A stretch of DNA of 63,392 nucleotides, the filler included, from Octopus bimaculoides (lineage: Eukaryota): assembly GCF_001194135.2 (NCBI RefSeq). It is 5 parts of 5 records of this genome, joined end to end, with 100 filler letters (N's around TTAATTAATTAA, not from the genome) between each part and the next. Parts side by side here need not be neighbours in the genome. Positions count along the whole stretch, not along the records: positions 47,526 to 60,738 come from NC_068992.1; positions 60,839 to 63,392 come from NC_068982.1; 3 more parts are not named here. One strand, written 5' to 3'. The notes under the pieces are model-generated. The model searched no databases and had not been told where the DNA came from. It worked only from the letters and a program-made list of their open reading frames with translations. Positions 53,263 to 63,392 of this stretch are shown one piece after another; position 1 is the stretch's first letter; each line of letters begins with the position of its first letter. The position numbers and the translations under genes were made by a program.

Positions 53263-55875
53263 CAGACGAGACAAATTCTCGGTCCGCGAGCTACTGCCAC
53301 AATTTCATCCGGCCCGCGGGATCATTTTGATATCAGGATGAAATTGGTCCAAATGGCGGTAACAGCAAATAGAGTACTTTGCTGCCTACAGCAACACCCA
53401 GGCTTCTTGCTACAACAACTCGTACATAGTCCGTGGCGAAAACAGACCATTACATTATACATAGCACTGACTGAACTACCTTTTGTTACTAAGGGTGGCA
53501 CCAAAAGTAGTAATAATTTAATACACGACTAGAAGCAACACCATTGTAACTATTACACATCGTCTGTATAAAAACAAACAAAAAAAAACATGAAGAGGTA
53601 TGATAATACAGTCACAAGTCTTAATTGTAACTTCAACAAAGCATGCTGGAAAACGCCTCTTTCAATTCTCTAATCGCGTGTTGTGAAGCGTTGATGACGC
53701 AAAAATCTACTAATCCCATAATGCACTGCAACAGCCGCTTTACCGCTCTTTCGGGTGATCACTTTCACGTGACGTCATTCAGTAGTAGTAACTATCTATA
53801 TAAATGGCCAAGAGAAAAGTCGATGCTAATTACAGAACATTTCAAATCCAGTGAGAAACCAAGTACATATTTACTGACATTGATGGCAAACTTGTGTGTC
53901 TTAATTTTGATGCTACTGTTGCTGTACTTATAAAACACAATCTCAAACGCCAGCAGGCGACAACACAGCACGACAAGTACAAATACCTCTCTGCTTAGCA
54001 GAAGCAACGAAAGGTAGACTAGTTGAAGAGGAATCTCACATTGCAACAGACATTTTAACCAAAGCAAAATCACAAAGTGAAGCTGCTGTTAAAACAAGTT
54101 TTATTGTGGCAGAGGAAATCGCAAAATCAGCCCGGCCGTTTACCGAAGGAGAATTTGTGAAGAGCTGCGTGCTGAAAATGTGTGACATTTTGTGTCCAGA
54201 CAAGAAGCAAATGTTTGCTGTGAGTATTAGTAGAAATACAATTGCTGATCGGGTGTGTGAGATGGCCACTGATTTGAAAACACAGTTGATTGAAAAAGAA
54301 AATGATTTTGTTGCATATTCTCTTGCAGTGGATGAGACTACTGACACGACTGATACGGCACAGCTAGCAATCTTCATTCGTGGAGTGGACACCTATTTGT
54401 TCGTCATGGAGGAAATTTTGGACATTAAATCGATGCACGGGACAATATCAGGAAAAAGACCTTTGTGAAAAAATGTCAGAGCATAACCGACATTAAATTG
54501 TCTTGAGACAAACTTGTTGGGCTTACAACCGATGGATCACTTGCAATGTGCGGTGAGAAAAGTTGACTAGTTGGTAGGCTATGTTTAAAGATGCAAGAAG
54601 GAAGTGCGCTGCTGAGTTGACAACATAACTCTGTATCATACACCAGGAAATACTGTGCGCAAAAGTCTTTAAAATGGAATATGTGACGAGCACTGTAAAG
54701 CAAGCCGTAATATTTATCCGAGCCAAAGGGTTAAATCACCGCCAATTTCAGTCTTCCCGTGTCGGGGTTCGGTGAAGTCCTTTATCGCAAGGAGGTGCAG
54801 TGGCTCGCTCAATAGAGTTTCTGAGCTGGTTGAGGAGACATGTCAGTTCATGGACAGTGAAGGAAAAGAATGCAAAGTGCTGCAGGATGAAAAGTGGAAA
54901 TGCGAGTTGGTGTTTCTGATAGACCGCATTTCAATCGGATCACAAATGACGCAGTGAAGTCATTTCAATTGAAGCTGCGCTTATGGGAAACACAAATGTA
55001 CCAGTTGAACTTGTCTCACTTTCCCGGTTGCCAAGTAATGTTGAGTCAAGTCAGCTCCACGGTGTTCTCAACGCAACACTTTGCTGATAAACTAAGTGCG
55101 CTCCACACTGAATTCGCACGGCGCATTAGTGACTTTGAAACACAGAAAAATAATTTCGTACTGCTTCGCAACCCATTTGCCCTCAATGTGGAAACTGCAC
55201 CTGTACAGAATAAAATGGAGCTTATAGAACTGCAGTTCTATAAGGGGACATTAAAAGCAAAGTACAACTCTGTGTGGCCTGCACAGTTCACTCGCTTCAT
55301 ATTTGAAGCAATGCCCGAACTTAGTTTACATGCAGCTCTAACGCTGTCTTTGTATGGATGCACATATCTGTGTGAGCAGCTGTTCTCTGTGATGAAGATG
55401 AATAAAACTTCACAGAAGATTCGACTCACAGATGAATACGTGCAGTCCATCCTGAGAGTTTCAACAACAAAGAACCTCGCCCCAAATATCAATGAAAATG
55501 TTGCCAAGAAAAGGTGCCAAGTATGTAACTCGGATAAAATTGAATAAAGAAAATTTAAAGTTTCATTTAATATTTTAATTTTCACTAAAATACACATTTT
55601 TATTTAAATTTTTTTCTTGCTTTTTTTTTTGCAACATGTTCTTATTTTAAATTTCTACAATTTTGACAGGAGATATTTTTATGCAGAACAAAATATTTTA
55701 AGCAATTTAAGTTGAAGTTAATTTATTTTTGGAATAGAATTATATACCATCTGTTTCAATACATGTTCATGTTTAAAAAGTTTTAGTCTGTTCAATAAAT
55801 ATTTATCCTGTTTGGCCCGTGACCTAAAGTGTTTTTTGAGTTTTTACCCCAGTGCGATTGAGTTTGACACCCCTG
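53263..55875 (+). mobile_element. hAT transposon with both ends (Buster/SPIN-Charlie type)
   Basis: Right TIR TGAGTTTGACACCCCTG, degenerate left end CAGACGAGACAAATTC, subterminal GGCCCGCG motifs, 8-bp TSD GCCTAATG/GCCTAACG with central TA. Confidence 0.9.
53804..55547 (+). pseudogene. Disrupted hAT transposase
   Basis: MAKRKVDANYRTFQIQ*ETKY..GKLVCL, RPFTEGEFVKSC, SLAVDETTDTTDTAQLAIFIRGV, TTDGS, HCIIHQEILCAK, CTYLCEQLFSVMKMNK..RLTDE. Several stops and frameshifts. Confidence 0.92.
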
Positions 55876-56404
55876 GCCTAACGTATCACTATGATATTTT
55901 GAAATATTTCTGAATGCTGATTCTTTGGAACGTGGGATGAAAAGACATAAGGGAGATATTTTTATTTAGATGAGTAAAGATTTTATTGTAAAAGTCAATA
56001 TATATATATAACGGACAGAGTTGGTGGGATTACGGTACAAGGAAAACTTGTTGCGGTTAAAATAATTTGTAAGTTGACAATCTTAAGTATAGAATCGAAT
56101 GAAATTTTGTAACTTGGTTTTTTAAAGTAATAATGGATTCGTATAAACACGATTATCGTTGATGTTACAGAGCATTAGTAGATCACATCTAAAAATTTGT
56201 TTGGTTTTGCTTGACTAATAGAAACGATTATCTGCTTTCAATCTTTATCCTTCCCTGTCGCTTTATCTCGTTGTCTCTCTCTCTCTTTCTCTCACTCTCT
56301 TTCTCTCTCAGTCTATCTCACTTATATACGTGTGTGTTTGTGCATCTGTGTCTCTGAGTGTGAGCGTGTGCAGTGCATGTATGTATTACTACCTATGTAC
56401 ATGC

Positions 56405-56451
<47 letters not shown>

Positions 56452-56511
56452 TGTGTCTGTGTGTGTATATATAGACATCCATACATACATATATACATAT
56501 ATATATATATG

Positions 56512-56549
<38 letters not shown>

Positions 56550-56673
56550 NNNNNNNNNNNNNNNNNNNNNNNNNNNNNNNNNNNNNNNNNNNNNNNNNNN
56601 NNNNNNNNNNNNNNNNNNNNNNNNNNNNNNNNNNNNNNNNNNNNNNNNNNNNNNNNNNNNNNNNNNNNNNNNN

Positions 56674-56709
<36 letters not shown>

Positions 56710-56722
56710 GTACATATATATG

Positions 56723-56761
<39 letters not shown>

Positions 56762-58764
56762 TTATATATATATGTGTGTATATATATGTATGTATATATA
56801 TATGTATGTGGATATATATATATATATATCACACACAAACACACACACACACACACACATATATATACACACACACAAACATACATATTTGTATATGTAT
56901 ACATACAGTTATGCAGTTCAAAGCAATGTCGCTTGAGGGATTCAATGTATCTTATACATAAATATATTCAGAAGAAATATTCGTCCTAATGAGATTCACT
57001 CAATACATTTAGAGTCTGCTGCAGAACATTAAGTAGAAGGACATAATACTGCTATTTGCAATTAAAGTCTATAACATAGTCTCTATGTTCCTTTTGGTTT
57101 TGTTGTGATATATCACAACAATTTTTTCGGTGTTGCTTATGGTTTTACTAATAACATTTTCTACTACTTTTCCTTGCATTTTTTTTTCCTAACATTTATT
57201 TCAATGACTTTATTTGTTAACGATATTCTTATTTTTCTGTTTGGGTTTGAAACTGATTTAAGTCATTCAAGTATTTTTGATTGACACTTTCATTATTCTA
57301 GATGTTCATAATATTTTCATTGAAGTTCTTGGCTTAACATATTATATTTATTTATTTGATGGGCTGTGTAACGGTTTCTTAGTATTTGTCATATTTCTGT
57401 TCTCTTTTCTCTTACATCTATTCATACATTTATCTGTTTTGTAGGTAATTTGTAAGTAGCAATAGTATTTGTAGTACTTGTTTATGTTGTGAACGGTGGT
57501 GGTAGTGTTACTATTGCTGTCGTTGTTCTTTAGTCTTTTGCAAGTTGTCGTCGAGAAAACCTATTACCATAGACATTCCAAACGTGAACATCCCATCGTT
57601 TTTGGAGTTATATAAAACTACGTTATTCAGTGTAGTGTTCACCTTTAATTCAATTGTTCTCAACAATTTTTTTAACTTATGGCTCCCTTTATTTCCTTAC
57701 TTACTTGGATGTACCCTCGTAGCCATTCCATGCTTAAAAACACATCATAGATTTTTATAATTAAATTCCATTAAGATTTGTATAAATAAATTAAGATATT
57801 TTGCGTATGAAAAAGAAGGAAGTTCCGCCAGTTTGACTAGACGATGATGGTCCAAGGATGTACGCTCCAACACAGTGCAACGTTGTGTTGCAACGTTAAA
57901 ATGGACATGGTTGTTTGGGAGCTTTCTGTGAATGTCATTATTTCTCCTTCCTCTCTTTTTTCCTCCTTCCTTTTCTTTTCTCCTCCTACCGTGTTGTATT
58001 GACTTCCAAGGGAAACTTGAAGAATGTCTGTGGAGATGATGAAGCGGGGGGGGTCCGATAGTTGATACGGTGTAATGTTTAATATGTGGATAGAAGAAAG
58101 TAGCGAAGACGTTTATCATAAACTCTTTGGAGTTATCATTCGGAGTTTGTGAGCTGGCAGAATTGTTAGCATTCCAGGCGACTTTGCCTTTCATCCTTTT
58201 GGGGTCGATACCAGGCAATTATTTGGGTCGATGTGATCAACATTCTCACAAATTTCAGGCTTTGAGCCGTTAGTGAAAAAGGATTATTATTGTTATTACT
58301 GTTGCCTTTTCCCTTGTGGCTAGCAACTGTTACTGTTGATGTTGTTAGAAATACATCCCCTTTATTGCACATAAATTTTAAGAACAAAAATCTTATACAG
58401 ACCATCAAGGGACATATGGAGCTCGGTTGAGAACCACTGCTTTAAATTATTAAAATATAATTTCAGCTTAAAATGTATCTGCTATTCTTCCTAAGAGGTT
58501 TACATGATGAATCGTAATTGGTATTTGTCACCATTTCAGCACTCATGCAATATATTATGAATGCCATCTCAACCGTAACAATCGCGTTTTTCTCCAGCAG
58601 AGTCCTTATTACTGTATTGTGGGCTTTGAGTCATATTTTAATTACATGTTTCACATATAAATGCCACTTAATTGGATTGTCAAGCAGCAGTAGCCAGTGA
58701 CTTCCGTTTTACTAGGAGCGGTGAAAATGATTAATACAACAGAAACAACTAGAATTGCCATAGC

Positions 58765-58814
<50 letters not shown>

Positions 58815-59675
58815 AAGAAGAAGAAGAAGAAGAAGGAGGAGGAGGGGGAGGAGGAGGAGGAGGGGGAGAGGGAGGAGGNNNNNNNNNNNNNNNNNNNNNN
58901 NNNNNNNNNNNNNNNNNNNNNNNNNNNNNNNNNNNNNNNNNNNNNNNNNNNNNNNNNNNNNNNNNNNNNNNNNNNNNNNNNNNNNNNNNNNNNNNNNNNN
59001 NNNNNNNNNNNNNNNNNNNNNNNNNNNNNNNNNNNNNNNNNNNNNNNNNNNNNNNNNNNNNNNNNNNNNNNNNNNNNNNNNNNNNNNNNNNNNNNNNNNN
59101 NNNNNNNNNNNNNNNNNNNNNNNNNNNNNNNNNNNNNNNNNNNNNNNNNNNNNNNNNNNNNNNNNNNNNNNNNNNNNNNNNNNNNNNNNNNNNNNNNNNN
59201 NNNNNNNNNNNNNNNNNNNNNNNNNNNNNNNNNNNNNNNNNNNNNNNNNNNNNNNNNNNNNNNNNNNNNNNNNNNNNNNNNNNNNNNNNNNNNNNNNNNN
59301 NNNNNNNNNNNNNNNNNNNNNNNNNNNNNNNNNNNNNNNNNNNNNNNNNNNNNNNNNNNNNNNNNNNNNNNNNNNNNNNNNNNNNNNNNNNNNNNNNNNN
59401 NNNNNNNNNNNNNNNNNNNNNNNNNNNNNNNNNNNNNNNNNNNNNNNNNNNNNNNNNNNNNNNNNNNNNNNNNNNNNNNNNNNNNNNNNNNNNNNNNNNN
59501 NNNNNNNNNNNNNNNNNNNNNNNNNNNNNNNNNNNNNNNNNNNNNNNNNNNNNNNNNNNNNNNNNNNNNNNNNNNNNNNNNNNNNNNNNNNNNNNNNNNN
59601 NNNNNNNNNNNNNNNNNNNNNNNNNNNTATATACCTAATAATGAACATATATACCTTCTAATAATCAACAATCAC

Positions 59676-59706
<31 letters not shown>

Positions 59707-59772
59707 GCTTTCAGTGCGAATGGATTTTTGTTATACGGTGCCGTATTTTACAATCCTGTCAATAATAATAAT

Positions 59773-59998
59773 GGTAATTTTATATAAGCTTAAAGCTTTT
59801 GGTGATCACCGTGCGATGACTAAGGAAAATAGTCTAATAAAGGGGTATATAAACCCTCGAGAGGAAGGCTCTACTATCTGCGTGAATACGAAATTCTTCT
59901 TTTTTCTGTCGAGGGCATATATATGCCCTGTTATTAGACTATTTTCTTTAGTCATCGCACGGTGATAGCCATAAGGTTTAAGCTTCTATAAAAGTAAC
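59773..59998. mobile_element. Foldback element/MITE with ~88-bp arms
   Basis: 59773-59860 pairs with 59909-59998, including a 36-bp stretch (ATCACCGTGCGATGACTAA..AAAATAGTCTAATAA) with one mismatch. Confidence 0.85.
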
Positions 59999-60046
59999 AC
60001 ATATATACATACACATATAAACACACACACACACCTGTGTGTATAA

Positions 60047-60091
<45 letters not shown>

Positions 60092-60184
60092 CAGATAGAT
60101 AGATAGATAGATAGAAACACATGCTAAAAATTATCGAGCCTGCTACTTGGTAATTTTTTTTGTATTTGTCTCCATCTTGGATGA

Positions 60185-60230
<46 letters not shown>

Positions 60231-60299
60231 TCANNNNNNNNNNCACACAAGAACACACACACACCTATACATCCAAATCCATACAGACACAAATGCCTG

Positions 60300-60670
60300 C
60301 TACTATAATGTCGGGCCGACCATAACCTAGTGTGTGGATTTTATAGATGGAAACTGGAAGGCACCTACCGTTTATAGATACATACATAAATATATGTGTG
60401 TGTGTGGGTGTATGTGTGTGAGTGTGCGTGTGTGTGTGTTTGTATGTGTGCCTGTATGTATGTATGTATATATGTATGTATGTATGTATATATCTATGAA
60501 TGTATCTTAGTGTTTGTGTTCGTCTCCATCATTGCTTGACAACCATTCTTTGGGTGTTTACGTCCCGTTAATTAACAATTAAGTAAAAGACACCGATAGA
60601 ATAATTACTAGCTTTAGAATAAACTTAGCCTTGATTTGTTCAAGGTGGTGCCCCAGCAGCATTACTGCCC
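60300..60670 (+). mobile_element. 5'-truncated family A SINE
   Basis: CTACTATAATGTCGGGCCGACC..GATGGAAACTGGAAGGC..microsatellite..GTGTTTACGTCCCG..GGTGGTGCCCCAGCA. Confidence 0.75.
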
Positions 60671-60705
60671 TCAAGGAAATGATAGAACGAAAGATATATA
60701 AATAT

Positions 60706-60738
<33 letters not shown>

Positions 60739-60838
60739 NNNNNNNNNNNNNNNNNNNNNNNNNNNNNNNNNNNNNNNNNNNNTTAATTAATTAANNNNNN
60801 NNNNNNNNNNNNNNNNNNNNNNNNNNNNNNNNNNNNNN
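60739..60838. other. Artificial scaffold-join spacer
   Basis: N44 + TTAATTAATTAA (60783-60794) + N44. Confidence 0.97.
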
Positions 60839-60879
60839 TCATGTTTTCTTTGTGTGTGGTTTGGTTGTTACGTATAGTG

Positions 60880-61700
60880 ATCTGAATCTCTGGTGTAATT
60901 TGGTGAAGGGAATTAGGGTTAATCAAAATTCAGTGTTTTTGAAATATTTGTAAATATGCAGGGTGATATGTCAGTATCATTAGAAGTTCATTTGGATTTT
61001 TGTTGGAATGAATAAAATTTATGATTTTGTCTAGTTTCCTGATTCTGACAGTATTGATAGGAGTAGTTTTAAATATTGGTAATGTTGGTAAGTGCAGTGA
61101 CTCCTTCAAATCCTAAATGTTTCAGATGTAAGTTTGACATTTTGTCAGAGCCCGAGACTTAAGTTTTTAGAATTCACTATTGCTTTTGAGGTATCTGATA
61201 TGAGCAATGTCAAAATTATGGTCTAAGGAGAAGGTGCATGTTTTACACATGTTCTCTTCTTCATTTCGTGAATTTTAGTGACTAATTTACCAGAAATATT
61301 TGTTTAATGTGGATGTTTGCTTGGTGTTGGTGTGTATGTTATTTAAAGATTGGCCATTGTTGTTGTTGGTGCTAATAGTATTTTACTGTTTTGTAGTTTA
61401 TGTTGAATAAATTTGTGGAAATTTTTCTATGATTTATTTTCTTTATTTCTTATTTTTAGTAGTTTACTGCTGAGTTATTTAGTTATGTTGTATGTAGTAT
61501 TGGTATATAGTGCAGGGTATTGCATGAAAAGCTCCCACATTTTACATGGCCAAGAATGTGAATTTGGTTTTTCTGTTGTACCCTGTACTTGAGGTTGCCC
61601 CTAGTTTTTATGTGGTTAGCTATTTTTTATGTCTAATTGGGATCTATATTACTTTGTGAGATATATTTTTAGATATGTCGAAAAATATTTCATTGAATCT
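60880..61700 (-). mobile_element. Highly decayed Penelope-like remnant
   Basis: Minus strand near 60880-60990 reads ILTYHPAYLQIFQKH*ILINP, resembling the PLE LxLTYHP..KHWxIL linker. The extent is a guess. Confidence 0.45.
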
Positions 61701-62379
61701 GCATTCTGCAGTATTTATGTTAGTGATTGTACTGTTGAATTCTGCTAACTTTCATTCTGTTTCCTCATGGAGCTGTTGCCACTGAAATATTCTGAAATTT
61801 GTAAAAGACTTTTCATTGCTTGTTGATGTGTAGATGTGTTATGATAAGTATAATAGGTGGTCAGTGTGTTGAGGGATTGCTTGCCTTGAAGTATGTGGAG
61901 CAGAATGAGATATTTGGTGAAGAGTTATAGTTAACTCAGTGAGAGATGTGTGTTTTATGTATTATTTTTGTGCCAAGATGTGCTGTGTACCTTCAAATTT
62001 ACATCTGTAATGGTGTTTGTGTAAGTGTCAAGGTGCAGCTCACTGTTGTAAGCTTTATGAATCTTGCATAATTGATGAGTATGTCATTACATTATAGTAT
62101 TGAGCTGAAATCCTCATGAGCCTACAGAAAAGACCAACTTCTCTCATGGGCCATTACAGGACAGCAAAGTATCTTGACCATTATTTATAAATGTTTATTA
62201 TTTATTAATTAGTCAAAAGGATTGTAATACTTAACCAAAAGTTTGTAAACAATTTCTCATATGAATCCCTTGAAATTTTAAGAAGTCCTCACAGTTCATA
62301 TATTGTATCATGTGTTGGTTAACCTTTTATTACTTAAAACTTTATCAGTTTGTTAAAGATGTCCCATTTGGTTTTGCAG

Positions 62380-62519
62380 TGGCCAAATTTGAACAAGAGT
62401 TCACAGTCAGTGTTCAGATCAGGGCTATTCAAAAAAATGAAAAACTCAAAGAATTGTTTGACAATCCAAATCTGACAGGAGAGATCCACAACCACACAAG
62501 AAACCTACGATGTGCTCAT
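62380..62519 (+). CDS. Candidate internal exon of an unidentified gene
   Basis: ttggttttgcag|TG GCC...GCT CAT|gtgagt, 140 bp, only one open frame: AKFEQEFTVSVQIRAIQKNEKLKELFDNPNLTGEIHNHTRNLRCAH. Confidence 0.55.
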
Positions 62520-63079
62520 GTGAGTCGGAAACTAACAAACTTTGTTATAATCTATATTTTTCTCTTTGTTCATTGGTTAAAATGGTTGACACCTTTCACT
62601 TGCAATGTTATCTATATACACCACGTTTTATGCAATCACCTCCCAATACTACAACATAATTCTACAGTCTTCTCTCAGTACTATAATATAACCTAAACAT
62701 TATTGCAACCTACCCCACAGATGCTAGACTTCACCATCAAAATATTCTTGAGTGTAACCTACCAGTATTATAACACAACTTGTACAAATATAGTCTTCAC
62801 AATACTATCACACACTTCACATTCTACACAATCACTCCCAAAACGGTCAACTCTCCATTAAATCACACCCTACTGTCTTGGGAAAGAAAAGGATACACTA
62901 GGTAATATAGTCCTACGTGCACCAAAGCAAATGGAGTACCTTTGAACAAAGATGGATTGATCAGGGCTGATACACACAAAGTAAGAGCAGCATGTCACAG
63001 CTCACACTTTACATTTATAATATACAATCATAGACATAATGTACTCAATGAATATAATATTCAAATTAATATATCCTAA

Positions 63080-63392
63080 GAGAAATACCTAGCCAAGGAT
63101 AAACCTCTGTACCTGGCTTTCGTTGACATGGAGAAAGCCTTTGACAGGGTCCCCCGATCCCTTATCTGGTGGTCAATGAGGAAACTTGGGATAGAAGAAT
63201 GGCTAGTGAGAGCTGTGCGAGCCATGTACAGAGATGCGGCCAGTAAGGTGAGGGTTGGAAATGAGTACAGCAATGAATTCCGGGTAGAGGTAGGGGTCCA
63301 CCAAGGTTCCGTCCTCAGCCCCCTATTATTTACCATAGTCCTCCAGGCAATCACAGAGGAGTTCAAGACAGGTTGCCCCTGGGAGCTCCTCT
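63080..63392 (+). mobile_element. RTE-type LINE reverse transcriptase, open frame to window end
   Basis: EKYLAKDKPLYLAFVDMEKAFDRVPRSLIWWSMRKLGIEEWLVRAVRAMY...VGVHQGSVLSPLLF...GCPWELL with no stop in ~104 codons. Confidence 0.95.

Larger units (their letters stand above)
1..63392. repeat. Dense microsatellites: (TA)n, (CA)n, (CT)n, (TATC)n, (TACA)n, (AAT)n, (TAG)n
   Basis: Examples: 7956-8049, 9466-9548, 17388-17461, 27552-27676, 29128-29260, 58765-58878. Most N gaps abut these runs. Confidence 0.98.

Noticed and set aside
7806-59671. Long ORFs made of X, YI, CV, HT, LS or poly-Y/I runs
   Set aside because: They are translations of N gaps and microsatellites.
47526-60738. This block as an NCoR intron
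   Set aside because: It is separated by an artificial linker, its repeats keep their CpGs, and no NCoR exon was found; the link is unsupported.

Overview
AT-rich, microsatellite-dense animal DNA whose SINE families look octopus-like (species inferred). It is not one contiguous sequence. Four identical 100-bp artificial spacers (N44-TTAATTAATTAA-N44) split it into five blocks: 1-27916, 28017-34934, 35035-47425, 47526-60738 and 60839-63392. The only recognisable host gene is an NCoR/SMRT-family corepressor, with three phase-compatible + strand coding exons (42022-42122, 46165-46330, 47190-47351). One further well-formed exon (62380-62519) is unidentified. The rest is mobile-element debris: RTE, Dong/R4-like and Penelope-like retroelements, a gag/ORF1-only element, mariner, a hAT with TIRs and TSD, a Chapaev-like fragment, MITEs, a HINE-like element and many tRNA-derived SINEs. 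The most interesting signals are a near-complete minimal hammerhead ribozyme (17781-17825), several decayed CTGATGA motifs (one in a nested SINE tail), two long inverted repeats, and CpG decay in SINE copies confined to the NCoR block. I found no convincing wholly new system. Most listed ORFs are microsatellite or N-gap artefacts, and family assignments come from recalled motifs, not database searches.
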